A stretch of 64,000 bases of DNA from Minicystis rosea (GTDB lineage: Bacteria > Myxococcota_A > Polyangia > Polyangiales > Polyangiaceae). The notes beneath the pieces are model-generated. The model was not told the DNA's origin, ran no database searches, and saw nothing but the letters and a program-made list of their open reading frames with translations. Of this stretch, positions 8,158-17,171 are shown piece after piece (position 1 is the first letter of the stretch; every line of letters starts with the position of its first letter). The stretch lies in NCBI GenBank assembly GCA_001931535.1, contig CP016211.1, positions 4,247,573 through 4,311,572 on the forward strand, written 5' to 3'. Position numbers and translations under genes: made by a program.

Positions 8158-10068
8158 ATGATCGTCCCTCAGCCCGGTGTCGTCATCGCGGGGAGGTACA
8201 CGCTCGTACGCCCTCTCGCGCGCGGCGGCATGGGCTCGGTCTGGATCGCGCACCACCGCGATCTCGAGGTCGACGTCACCGTGAAGTTCATGGCGCCGTC
8301 GCTCGTCGCGTCGCCCGATGCGCGCCTCCGCTTCGAGCGCGAGGCCAAAGGAGCGGCGCGGATCCGCAGCCAGCACGTGGTCCAAGTCCACGACTACGGC
8401 GTCGAGGACGAGACCCCTTACATCGTGATGGAGCTGCTCAAAGGCGAGAGCCTGTGGACGCGGCTCGCGCGGGAAGGTCGGCTCCCGCTCCCCGTCACGG
8501 CGCGCCTGCTCGTCCAAATCTGCAAGGCCCTGCGCACCGCACACGAGGCAGGCCTCGTGCATCGCGATCTCAAGCCCGGCAACATCTTCCTCGCGCTCAA
8601 GGACGACGACGAGGTGGTGACGGTCCTCGATTTCGGGATCGCCAAGACCTCGGGCATCGGCGACGCCACCGCCGACACCGACTCCGGGGTTCTGCTCGGC
8701 TCCGTGCACTACATGAGCCCGGAGCAGATCCGCAATTCACGCAAGGTCGATCTGCGCAGCGATCTCTGGGCCATCGGCGTCATCCTGTATCGCACGCTCG
8801 CCGGCCGCCTGCCCTTCCCCGGCGAGAACGTAGGCGACGTGCTCGTGCGCGTGTGCACCGATCCATGGCCCGCTCCGTCGACGATCTGCTCCGATCTCCC
8901 ATCACGGGTCGACGCGTTCTTCGAGCGCGCGCTGGCGCGTGATCCCGAGCGACGCTTCCAGTCCGCGCCGGAGATGGCCGAGGCCTTCAGCGCCATGGCG
9001 CTCGAAGCGGACGCCCCCGCATCGTCGGCCGCGCCCGCGCCGCCCTTCGTGGCCACGCCACCGGCCGCGCCCGCGCCGCCGGCATCGCAGCCACCGCCCT
9101 GGAGCCAGGTGGCACCGGCGAGCGCGCCCGCGCCTCGAGAAGCGGGCACGATGCGCATGAGCTCCGCCACCGCCGCGCAAGCAGCGCCGGCCTTCGCCCC
9201 GCAACGCGCAGCCTCGTCGCCCTCGATCGCACCGGCGGAGCCCATCGTGCCAGCGACGGCGCCCGCTCCGCCCACCTTCGCGCCGCCCACGCCGAGCGCC
9301 GGAGGGCGTTCGCTCCACGGCACCCTCATTCCCGCGCGCAGCGCCGTGGCCCAGCCCGCTCCGAGCCCCTTCGCGCAGGCCGCCCCGCCCCAACCCGCGC
9401 AACCGACTCAAAGCACCTTCGCGCCAAGCACGCTCGCGCAGGCCTCTCGAGACACTTTCTCGCCATCCACGCCGGCGCCGCAAAGCAACCTCGCTCGAAG
9501 CTCCTTCGACGAGCTGCCTCAAAGCACCTTCGGGCAAAGCACGCTCGCGCCGGCGCCGCAAAGCACCTTCGCGCCGCCCCCGCAGAGCACCCCGGCGCTG
9601 TCGATGCCAATCCCCAGCGCCCGCCCCGGCTCGAGCCCGATGCTCGCGCCGCCGAGCGAGCGGCCATCTCGCGTTCCTGCATCGGAGACGCTCCCCAAGC
9701 GCTCGTCCTCGCGCACCGTCGGCCTGGCGCTGGCGGCGACGGCGATCCTCGGTGTCCTCGGCGCCGCCATCCATTTCTCGGGCACATCACGCAGCGCCGC
9801 CACCGCGAGCACCGCTCCGCCGCCGGCCGCCACCCCGGCGCCGCCATCCGCCACCGCCGCGCCGCCGGCCGCCACCCTCGCACCAACGGCGAGCGCCACG
9901 TCCGAAGCCGAGCGCGCCACGCCTCCCACACCGAGCGCCACAGCGCTCTCCTCGGCGCCGGAGCCGCGCGCGCCCGAGCCCCCCAAGCGAGCCCCCACCG
10001 CGCCTACCGGTGCGCCGGCCAAGCCACCGTCGAAGCCGCGCAACAACCTCTTGGATCGCGCCGACTGA
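8158..10068 (+). CDS. Ser/Thr protein kinase (Hanks-type) with a Pro/Ala-rich linker, one TM helix and a Pro/Ala/Thr-rich C-terminal tail.
   Basis: The glycine loop reads LARGGMGSVW. The VAIK-like site reads VTVKFM. The catalytic loop reads HRDLKPGNIF, followed by DFGIAK and SPEQ. Imperfect QSTFAPSTLA repeats follow, then the TM segment VGLALAATAILGVLGAAIHF. Confidence 0.85.
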   Translation: MIVPQPGVVIAGRYTLVRPLARGGMGSVWIAHHRDLEVDVTVKFMAPSLVASPDARLRFEREAKGAARIRSQHVVQVHDYGVEDETPYIVMELLKGESLWTRLAREGRLPLPVTARLLVQICKALRTAHEAGLVHRDLKPGNIFLALKDDDEVVTVLDFGIAKTSGIGDATADTDSGVLLGSVHYMSPEQIRNSRKVDLRSDLWAIGVILYRTLAGRLPFPGENVGDVLVRVCTDPWPAPSTICSDLPSRVDAFFERALARDPERRFQSAPEMAEAFSAMALEADAPASSAAPAPPFVATPPAAPAPPASQPPPWSQVAPASAPAPREAGTMRMSSATAAQAAPAFAPQRAASSPSIAPAEPIVPATAPAPPTFAPPTPSAGGRSLHGTLIPARSAVAQPAPSPFAQAAPPQPAQPTQSTFAPSTLAQASRDTFSPSTPAPQSNLARSSFDELPQSTFGQSTLAPAPQSTFAPPPQSTPALSMPIPSARPGSSPMLAPPSERPSRVPASETLPKRSSSRTVGLALAATAILGVLGAAIHFSGTSRSAATASTAPPPAATPAPPSATAAPPAATLAPTASATSEAERATPPTPSATALSSAPEPRAPEPPKRAPTAPTGAPAKPPSKPRNNLLDRAD

Positions 10069-10087
10069 TCGAGCAAAAGGCCATGTG

Positions 10088-11020
10088 ATGCGCCAACTCC
10101 TCTGGCTCCCGGCGATCTTCCTCTGGACGCTCGTGCCCGCGGGCGCGCGCGCCCAGACCATCAGCCCCGAGGTCCACGCCCACGCGGAAGACACCTTCCG
10201 GCGCGGGCGCGACGCCTTCAACCAAGGTGAGTACAAGTCCGCGCTCCGGCTCTTTCGCACGAGCCAAGAGCTCGAAGCGGGCCGCGGCAAGCTCATCAAC
10301 ATCGCTTTTTGCGAAGAGAAGCTCGGCCTCGTGGCGTCGTCCGACAAGCACCTTCGCGAGGTCTTGCCGCAGCTCCCTACGGACGATCCGCGCATCGCGC
10401 TCGTGCAGCAGCACCTCGCCGAGCTTGCGCCGCGCATTCCTCATCTCCGCATCGTCCTCGCGGCCGGCGCGCCGCCCGGCACGCGTGTCAGCTACGATGA
10501 CACGCCCCTTCCCCAAACCTCGCTCGGCACCGAGATGGCCGTCGATCCAGGCACGCACGTGGTCAGCGCAAGCGCCCTCGGAAAACCGGAGAAGCGCTAC
10601 GAGGTGATCCTCGAAGAGGGCAAGCTCGTCGCCCTCACCGTCGATCCCGTGAACGCCGCACCACCACCGCCGCCGGCCGTCGCGCCGCCCTCGAACGAGA
10701 AGCGCACCGCCGGCTTCATCGTCGGAGGCTTCGGCGTCGCCGGCCTCGCCGCGGGCGCGGCCACGGGCATCGTCGCGCTCGTCGATCACGCCGCGATCGC
10801 GCGCGAGTGTCCCTCGCGCGTCAATTGCAGCCCCGAAGTCGTGCGCAAAGCCAACACCGGAAAGGCCTTATCCATCGCCAGCACGGCGACGTTCGCGGCG
10901 GGCGCCGCCGCCGTCGGGGTCGGGCTCTATCTCGTGCTCTCGAGCCGCTCACGCCCAACCACGGTGGGGATCTCGATCCTCCCCGACGGCGGACGCCTCG
11001 GCATCCAGGGGACTTACTGA
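10088..11020 (+). CDS. Secreted TPR-like/PEGA-domain protein with a C-terminal TM anchor.
   Basis: The signal peptide reads MRQLLWLPAIFLWTLVPAGARA. A TPR-like N-terminus follows (FNQGEYKSALRLF). The PEGA-like segment reads VSYDDTPLPQTSLGTEMAVDPGTHVVSASALG. A hydrophobic stretch AGFIVGGFGVAGLAAGAATGIVALV sits near the C-terminus. The ATG is 20 nt after the kinase stop. Confidence 0.7.
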   Translation: MRQLLWLPAIFLWTLVPAGARAQTISPEVHAHAEDTFRRGRDAFNQGEYKSALRLFRTSQELEAGRGKLINIAFCEEKLGLVASSDKHLREVLPQLPTDDPRIALVQQHLAELAPRIPHLRIVLAAGAPPGTRVSYDDTPLPQTSLGTEMAVDPGTHVVSASALGKPEKRYEVILEEGKLVALTVDPVNAAPPPPPAVAPPSNEKRTAGFIVGGFGVAGLAAGAATGIVALVDHAAIARECPSRVNCSPEVVRKANTGKALSIASTATFAAGAAAVGVGLYLVLSSRSRPTTVGISILPDGGRLGIQGTY

Positions 11021-11021
11021 C

Positions 11022-12386
11022 ATGAACCGAGCAAGCTGGAAGAGCTTCGGTCTCCTGATCCTTCCCACAGCCTGGGCCGGGTGCATCGCGCTCGAATGGG
11101 ACTACCGGGAAACATCTTCGTCCTCATCGTCCTCGTCTTCGTCGTCCTCGTCTTCGAGCGGCACCCCCAACGAATGCACCGGCGCCCCCGACGAAGTCGC
11201 ATGCGGCGTGGTCGGGCGCGTCTGTCGCAACGAGCAATGCGTCTGCGCGCAGGACGAGTGTGGCGGCCAATGCGTCGATCGGAACACGGATCCGAGCCAT
11301 TGCGGCAGTTGCGCCAACGCCTGCGGCAAGGGCATGACCTGTGTCGCGGGTGAATGCCAGTGCGGCCTCGGCCAATCGAAGTGCGACGGCAAGTGCGTGA
11401 GCACGGACAGCGACCCCGATCATTGCGGCGCCTGCAACCACGGTTGCCAGGGTGGAAAATGCGCGAGCTCGAAATGCGAGCCGCTCGTGCTCGCCAACGG
11501 GCAGACCGCGCCGGCCGGCATCGCCGTCGATGGTCAAAACGTCTATTGGACCAACTTCGGCAGTGGAACGGTGATGGCGATTCCCGTCGGTGGCAACGAC
11601 AACATGCCCACCACCTTGGCCGCGCCCGCGCCCGACGCCGGGCCTGCCGGCATCGCGGTCCAAGGCAATACGGTGTTCTGGGTGAACTACACCGCAGGCA
11701 CGGTGATGAGCGTACCCACCGGCGGCGGCCTATCCACCCCCCTCGCCACTGGGCAGAACAAGCCTTCCAGCATCGCCGTCGACGGCACCTACGTGTATTG
11801 GACCAACTATGGTGACGGCACCGTCATGAAGGTGCCCACGAAGAACGCCTCGGCCCCCGTCCCCCTCGCTTCGGGGCAGAGCTTTCCGCCGAAGCTCATC
11901 GATTCCGTGACGAGCGCCGTGCAGGGCCTCGCCGTCGACGGCACCCACGTCTATTGGACCAACTACGGTGACGGCAGCATCCGCAAAGTGGCCCTCGAGG
12001 GCGGCTCGGTGACGGCGATCGCCGAGAAGCAGAACAACCCTCAATGCCTCGCCGTGAACGGCACCAACGTCTATTGGACCAACCGGATCAGTGACTCGGA
12101 CGGCGCCGTCATGAAGGTCGCCACGAGCGGCGGTGAGCCCATCGTCCTCGCCGCCGGGCAGAGCGGCCCTTATGGCATCGCTTCGCAGGACCTGGCCGGC
12201 GTCTTCTGGACGAACAACAACCTCACCTTCGACAGCGGCACGGTGGCATCCGCGCCCCTCGCCGGCGGCGTCCACGTCTTCGTCGCCTCGGCACAAGCCC
12301 TCCCGACCGCCGTCGCCGTCGACGGCACCAGCGTTTACTGGCTGAATCACAACTTCGGCGGCTTCATCATGAAGGTCGCGAGATAG
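11022..12386 (+). CDS. Lipoprotein with a poly-Ser linker, a Cys-rich module and a six-bladed YWTD-type beta-propeller.
   Basis: The lipobox reads LLILPTAWAGC. Sixteen Ser are encoded by a tcgtcctcgtcttcg repeat. About 22 Cys follow in CxxC/CGxC patterns. Repeated blades read VYWTNFG, VFWVNYT, VYWTNYG (twice), VYWTNRI and VFWTNNN. The start is 1 nt after the previous stop. Confidence 0.75.
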   Translation: MNRASWKSFGLLILPTAWAGCIALEWDYRETSSSSSSSSSSSSSSSGTPNECTGAPDEVACGVVGRVCRNEQCVCAQDECGGQCVDRNTDPSHCGSCANACGKGMTCVAGECQCGLGQSKCDGKCVSTDSDPDHCGACNHGCQGGKCASSKCEPLVLANGQTAPAGIAVDGQNVYWTNFGSGTVMAIPVGGNDNMPTTLAAPAPDAGPAGIAVQGNTVFWVNYTAGTVMSVPTGGGLSTPLATGQNKPSSIAVDGTYVYWTNYGDGTVMKVPTKNASAPVPLASGQSFPPKLIDSVTSAVQGLAVDGTHVYWTNYGDGSIRKVALEGGSVTAIAEKQNNPQCLAVNGTNVYWTNRISDSDGAVMKVATSGGEPIVLAAGQSGPYGIASQDLAGVFWTNNNLTFDSGTVASAPLAGGVHVFVASAQALPTAVAVDGTSVYWLNHNFGGFIMKVAR

Positions 12387-12387
12387 C

Positions 12388-14199
12388 ATGCACGTCGTCT
12401 CCGCCTCTCCGCTCCGCGTCGCCTCGATCGTCTTTCAGCCGCGCAGAGGTGCCTTTGCGCTCACCGTCGTGTGCAAAGCCACCTTCCAGCTCGAGCCCGA
12501 CGTCTGCCGCCTCGCCGTCGCGCAGGAGGATCCGATCCAGGACGACATTCTCGGTGAGAGCGGCCTGCGCGCGCCGAGCGATCTCGTGCCCATGAAACCG
12601 CGCGCGGACGTCATCCTCGTGGGTCACGCCTTCGCTCCGGGAGGGCAGCCTGCGCGCACGGTGCGCGCGAGGCTCGTCGTGGGCGAGATCGACAAGTCCA
12701 TCGACGTCTTTTGCGATCGCATCTTTTGGCAGGACGGCCGGTTGCTCGAAGGACAGCCCTTCACCCAAATGCCAATCTCCTACGGGCGCGCCGCGTTCGG
12801 CCCGGAAAACCCGGCCGGCGTGCGCTTCGACGCGCCGCCCGACGCGAGCGGTGCGGTGCGGATTCCCAACCTGCAGCCCCAAGGCAGCCACATCGCCCGT
12901 CGCGGAGATACGTTTGCGCCCGTCGGATTCGGCCCCATCGCGCCGAGCTGGCCGGGCCGCGTGGAGAAGCTTCGACAGCACGCGGGCACGTGGTCGTTGC
13001 GGAGCCTCCGCGAATGGCCGCTCCCCGCCGAAATCGATCCTTCGTTCTTCAACGTCGCGCCGCGCGATCAACAGATGGAGGCAATTCAGCCCGACGAGCG
13101 GATCATCCTCGAAAACCTGTCCCCCGCTGCACCTCGCCTGGAGACGTGCCTGCCCGGCATTCAGCCCATCGCGCGCATGACGGCCGGCGGCCGGGCCGGC
13201 GAAGGGATGGCGCTCGTCGCCGACACGCTCACCATCGACACCGATCGATCCATCGTCACCGTGGTGTGGCGCGGGCGCGTGCCGCTCAACCACCCTGACG
13301 AATCCGGGCAGTTGGTGGTGACGATGGAAGGCGGCGACCTCCCCGGCGGCACAGCCATCCTCGGCGGCGAGGCCCACCCCGGCACCGTGCAGCTCGGCCC
13401 GGGCGGCGTCGCTCCTCCGATGCGAACGCCGTTTGCGGCCCCTTCGGGTGAAATCGAAACGCTCCTCGGCGGCAGCGGTGGTGGCCCAGCATTGCCGTTC
13501 ACCGCCGCCGGCAGCCCGTGGGTGGGTTTTCGCCCCAAGCCCCCTCCACCCAAGGACGCACCGCTGTCCGAGGGCACCGGCACGGTCTACGGCGTCAAGG
13601 GAAAGGCCAGAGACGTGCTGCCTTTCCCGGACGCCGCGCCCCGCGTCCCTCCGAGCGCGGCATTCGCACCGATGATCGATGTCGTGACGCCCGAGCCGCC
13701 CGCCCCGGAGGTGCGTGAGCCCGAGGCCCCGGAAACGCCTCCCCCACCCGAGCCGGAGCCGACGCCCAAAGCCGACATCGACATCTCGATCGAGCTTTGC
13801 GCGGCAATCCAAGCCTCCATCGACCGAAGCGGCGGGCAGAAGAAAGAGGTCTTGGAGAAACACGCTCTCTCCGACGACGTCTGGTCGGCCGCCGCCCAAC
13901 GCTGGGAAGCCGACATCGACACGGATGTCGAGCAGGGCAAAACCGATCTGCTCCAACGCTACGACGCGGCCTACATCGCGCAGATCGAAGAGGAGCGCGG
14001 GCCGATTCGACCCGAGGATTACGCGCGCCTCTCCGTCGCGGCGGAGCGCGGCACCACCGACGCCGTCCTCACCGAGCTCTCGATCCCCGAAGAGGCCGAG
14101 ATGCGCCTCGAGCGCGTTTGGCTCGACAAGGTGCTGCGCAGCCCGGCGCTCGCCAAACAGGTGCGCGAAGCGCGGGCCAAGGCCAGCGCCGAGGCCTGA
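12388..14199 (+). CDS. DUF2169 domain protein (T6SS-associated family) with an acidic/Pro-rich C-terminal half.
   Basis: The N-terminal core reads VASIVFQPRRGAFALTVVCKATFQLEPDV...DVILVGHAF...PVGFGPIAPSWPGR...FFNVAPRDQQ. It shares the (V/A)KATF / KGTF signature with the genes at 14204 and 45932. The ATG is 1 nt after the upstream stop. Confidence 0.75.
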   Translation: MHVVSASPLRVASIVFQPRRGAFALTVVCKATFQLEPDVCRLAVAQEDPIQDDILGESGLRAPSDLVPMKPRADVILVGHAFAPGGQPARTVRARLVVGEIDKSIDVFCDRIFWQDGRLLEGQPFTQMPISYGRAAFGPENPAGVRFDAPPDASGAVRIPNLQPQGSHIARRGDTFAPVGFGPIAPSWPGRVEKLRQHAGTWSLRSLREWPLPAEIDPSFFNVAPRDQQMEAIQPDERIILENLSPAAPRLETCLPGIQPIARMTAGGRAGEGMALVADTLTIDTDRSIVTVVWRGRVPLNHPDESGQLVVTMEGGDLPGGTAILGGEAHPGTVQLGPGGVAPPMRTPFAAPSGEIETLLGGSGGGPALPFTAAGSPWVGFRPKPPPPKDAPLSEGTGTVYGVKGKARDVLPFPDAAPRVPPSAAFAPMIDVVTPEPPAPEVREPEAPETPPPPEPEPTPKADIDISIELCAAIQASIDRSGGQKKEVLEKHALSDDVWSAAAQRWEADIDTDVEQGKTDLLQRYDAAYIAQIEEERGPIRPEDYARLSVAAERGTTDAVLTELSIPEEAEMRLERVWLDKVLRSPALAKQVREARAKASAEA

Positions 14200-14203
14200 T
14201 GTC

Positions 14204-15322
14204 ATGCCCACGAAGCGTGCTCCCGCGATCCCCGATCCGCGCCTGCAAACGATCAAGAACCTGACGCCGTTCGCCCTGTTCCAATGCGACAAGATGGGTG
14301 TCGGCCGCCGCTTTTACGATACGGTGACCGTCAAAGGCACCTTCGATTTGAAGCCGGGCTGCATGGAGCTCGCCCGCGAGCAGGCTCCAGTCCTGCTCGC
14401 GGACGATTATTGGGATCTGGAAACGCCCGAGCGCTCGAGCGTGAAGCGCGCCGGCGACGCGGTGCTCATCAAGCCCAGCACCGATGTCATCCTCACAGGC
14501 AGCGTGCATACGCCCGCAGGGAAGGCGCTCCGCGAATGGGACGCTGCCGTCCTCATCGAAGGACGCCGCGGCAAGGTCATCGACTACAGCGTTCAGGTCA
14601 CCGGACCACGCGTGTGGCGATACACCAGCACCCGCGGCTTCTCGCTCACGGATCCCGAGCCCACGGAGGAGGTTCCGATCCGTTACGAGCTTGCCTATGG
14701 CGGCGCCTACCTCGACCCGCGAAATGCTTCTCCCGAGGGCGATCCCAAGTGGATCGTCCACGAGCCCAACCCGAGCGGCACGGGCTTCTGTGACGAGCGC
14801 GCGCTGAGCCCAAACGAGCCCTACCGCGCACCACAATGGCAATCTCGCCTCGCGCCCGTGACGTCGCTCAACCACGATGTGCCCGTGTGCGGATTCGGCC
14901 CCATCTCCCGGCCCTGGAGCTCGCGCCTCCGCTACCAAGGCACCTGCGACGACGCTTGGGAGCAGGAGAACCGCGAGGCCGTCGCCAAAGGCCTTCCCGC
15001 CGACTATCCGGCCGACTTCGACGCTCGTTATTTCCAATGCGCGCATCCCTCCTTGATTGCCCCCGAGCACCTCGCGGGCGACGAGCACCTGGCCCTGGGT
15101 GGGATCGTCGCCGGTGAGGCTCGGTTCGTCACAGAGCTCCCTGGCATCGCCGTCGCGGCGCGCCTCCTCGACGGCTCCGGCGCATGGCACGACGAGCGGA
15201 TGCCGCTCGACACGGTGCACATCGATTTGGATGCAGGCGCCGTCCACCTGTGCTTTCGTCTCACCCTCGATCAAGCGCGCGACATCCTGGCGGCGGTGAT
15301 TTACACGACGGAGGCAACATGA
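14204..15322 (+). CDS. DUF2169 domain protein (second paralog).
   Basis: TPFALFQCDKMGVGRRFYDTVTVKGTFDLKPG...DVILTGSVHTP...VCGFGPISRPWSSR...YFQCAHPSL...LDTVHIDLDAG. The track ORF 13715..15322 begins inside the upstream gene. The ATG at 14204 follows the upstream stop by 4 nt. Confidence 0.75.
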   Translation: MPTKRAPAIPDPRLQTIKNLTPFALFQCDKMGVGRRFYDTVTVKGTFDLKPGCMELAREQAPVLLADDYWDLETPERSSVKRAGDAVLIKPSTDVILTGSVHTPAGKALREWDAAVLIEGRRGKVIDYSVQVTGPRVWRYTSTRGFSLTDPEPTEEVPIRYELAYGGAYLDPRNASPEGDPKWIVHEPNPSGTGFCDERALSPNEPYRAPQWQSRLAPVTSLNHDVPVCGFGPISRPWSSRLRYQGTCDDAWEQENREAVAKGLPADYPADFDARYFQCAHPSLIAPEHLAGDEHLALGGIVAGEARFVTELPGIAVAARLLDGSGAWHDERMPLDTVHIDLDAGAVHLCFRLTLDQARDILAAVIYTTEAT

Positions 15323-15669
15323 GCGAATCGCGACACATCGCCGATGCCGAAGCCGAGTTCCAAGTCGTCAACGTCACCCCCGACTTCTGCAAAGTGAACG
15401 GCAAGCGGGTGGCGTTCGACATCTTTCGGGATCTGACACCGCAGCGCGTGAACTATGCGAAGAAGGTCAGAGCGCGCGGCGTCCCCGTGCTGACGGTGGA
15501 CAGCGTCGTCGCCGGCGTGGTGGGGAACATGGGAGAGGGTGTGTTCTCGGGCGTGTCGAAGAGCTCGGGAGACGTGATCGTCGTTCAAGGCGTGGAGAAC
15601 GTCCGGGCCGAGCGCCGCTACGTGTGCCGAGATCAGGACATCTGTCTCATGAACGTGAAGGTGGGGTGA
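15319..15669 (+). CDS. PAAR-like protein (DUF4150 family) of 116 aa.
   Basis: GGAGG sits 5 nt before the ATG. The ATGA overlaps the previous stop. TPDFCKVNGKRVAF and GEGVFSGVSKSSGDVIVVQGVENV...NV resemble the DUF4150 (PAAR-like) PDVCKTP...GDEAG...GGV.S pattern. Confidence 0.6.
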   Translation: MSESRHIADAEAEFQVVNVTPDFCKVNGKRVAFDIFRDLTPQRVNYAKKVRARGVPVLTVDSVVAGVVGNMGEGVFSGVSKSSGDVIVVQGVENVRAERRYVCRDQDICLMNVKVG

Positions 15670-16634
15670 TGGCCGGCGCCCCCGACGACACCCTCGGTGG
15701 CTTGCTCCCACCGAGCTTCTCGAGCACCTTCCTGGCCAATGGCACCTTTGGGCGGATACGCACCGCGACCTGCCTCAAAGACGAGACCTACGAGCAGGGG
15801 CGAGCGCGTGAAGCGCTGGAGATCGCCGAGGAGCGATATCGCGCCGGCGGCCTCACCGGCCAGCAATCGCTACAACTTCGCGAGGAGATCGATCGCCTCT
15901 CCAAGATCGCTCGCCCCGGAATGGCCAACGCGTGGCCGCCGCTGAACGAAGCGGAGGTGCAAGCCATCGCGGACCAGCGGCGCGCCCTCAACACCGTAGG
16001 CATCTTTGCGGCCGGTCCGGTGATGGGCGCGCTCCCCGCGGCCGCGCGCATCGCCGGCGCCCCCGAGCCGGTGGTGGAAGCAGCAGCCCAGATCAACTTC
16101 GATCTGGCCACCTCCGGTGCCCTACACGGGCTCCCCAAAGGCACCGCCGAGCCGATCCCGATGGCGCGCACGATCACGGGCACGTACATCGAGCCGCACG
16201 TCGGAAAGCGCATCATCAAGATCAACGTCGATGCGTTCGCAGAGGGGCGCAACTTCCGCGACACCAACCAGGAGGCCCGCTCGCCCGAGGCCCGCGATCC
16301 CAACCGGGAGACGCCCATCGCCGAGCGCGTCAAGGCCAAGGAGGAGGCTTATTTCCTGAAGAAAGGCGAAGAAAGAGCGTTTCCCAACGGCAACATGGCG
16401 ACCGCACACGCCGAGATCGGCGCGCTCCAGCAGATCAACGAGGCCGGCCTCGCCAAAGGCAACGACATCCTCATCATCGTCTCGGGGGAGCGCGACGTGT
16501 GCTCTTTCTGCGTAGGCGACATCGCCGCCATGGGGCGCGAGATCGGCGCGCGCTCCATCACGGTCATCGACGTCTATCAAGGCAAGACCTTCTTCTGGAC
16601 AGAGGGCATGAGATCCATCGGAGATCCCCACTGA
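15669..16634 (+). CDS. Predicted T6SS-delivered polymorphic toxin. The N-terminal region is of unknown function. The C-terminal domain is a nucleic-acid/nucleotide deaminase (CDA fold).
   Basis: The start overlaps the PAAR-like stop (TGATG). Near the C-terminus the sequence reads NMATAHAEIGALQQINEAGLAKGNDILIIVSGERDVCSFCVGD. This places HAE 28 residues before CxxC, the zinc-deaminase signature (HAE at 16407-16415, CSFC at 16500-16511). Gene context: DUF2169, DUF2169, PAAR-like, toxin, then a small downstream ORF. Confidence 0.6.
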   Translation: MAGAPDDTLGGLLPPSFSSTFLANGTFGRIRTATCLKDETYEQGRAREALEIAEERYRAGGLTGQQSLQLREEIDRLSKIARPGMANAWPPLNEAEVQAIADQRRALNTVGIFAAGPVMGALPAAARIAGAPEPVVEAAAQINFDLATSGALHGLPKGTAEPIPMARTITGTYIEPHVGKRIIKINVDAFAEGRNFRDTNQEARSPEARDPNRETPIAERVKAKEEAYFLKKGEERAFPNGNMATAHAEIGALQQINEAGLAKGNDILIIVSGERDVCSFCVGDIAAMGREIGARSITVIDVYQGKTFFWTEGMRSIGDPH

Positions 16635-16647
16635 CAGGAGCATCCGC

Positions 16648-17061
16648 ATGAGCACCATGAGACTGTCGTGGGGTTTCGATCCCGGACCCAAAGCACGCGC
16701 CGAGCACCTGGCAGCGCCCACGTGGGCCGATGTCGAGGACAAGCTCGCTCGGCTCGCCGCCGCCCATACGGGCTCCATCAAGCTCGAGCTCCAACCGGCC
16801 CCCACGCTGGGCCCGCAGAGCCTCCAAGCCATCGCGGAGAATGGCACCTACCTCGTCATGCTGGGCGAGATGATCGAAGTCGACGGCGACGTCGATCACA
16901 ACGTGCGCACGCTCTACGATGCTTCCGCTACGCCGGGAAAGACGCTGATCATGGGCGATTTCTGGGACGCGCGCCAAACGTCGCGGGAGCCGGCCGTCGT
17001 GCGCGACGTCTTCAAAGACTTCTTCGAGACGGGCGACGTCTCCGCAGACAAGCTCTCTTGA
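16648..17061 (+). CDS. Putative cognate immunity protein (137 aa, cytoplasmic, acidic).
   Basis: It sits 13 nt downstream of the deaminase gene on the same strand and is of immunity-protein size. It contains LIMGDFWD with a conserved-looking Trp. The assignment is by position only. Confidence 0.45.
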   Translation: MSTMRLSWGFDPGPKARAEHLAAPTWADVEDKLARLAAAHTGSIKLELQPAPTLGPQSLQAIAENGTYLVMLGEMIEVDGDVDHNVRTLYDASATPGKTLIMGDFWDARQTSREPAVVRDVFKDFFETGDVSADKLS

Positions 17062-17171
17062 TGACGGGTTGTGCGGATGGCGCGCGGCGCGTTGCCCAGC
17101 GAAGGTGGCGAGTCGAGCGCGCGCACGATTGACCGAGAGAGCGGTGCACGGCCGCTCTCTCGGTCACATCT

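Noticed and set aside
8059-10076. Several minus-strand ORFs (8059..8709, 8709..9329, 8902..9774, 9326..9931, 9519..10076).
   Set aside because: All are antisense to the Ser/Thr kinase gene, which has canonical Hanks motifs. They are low-complexity Arg/Gly/Ala.
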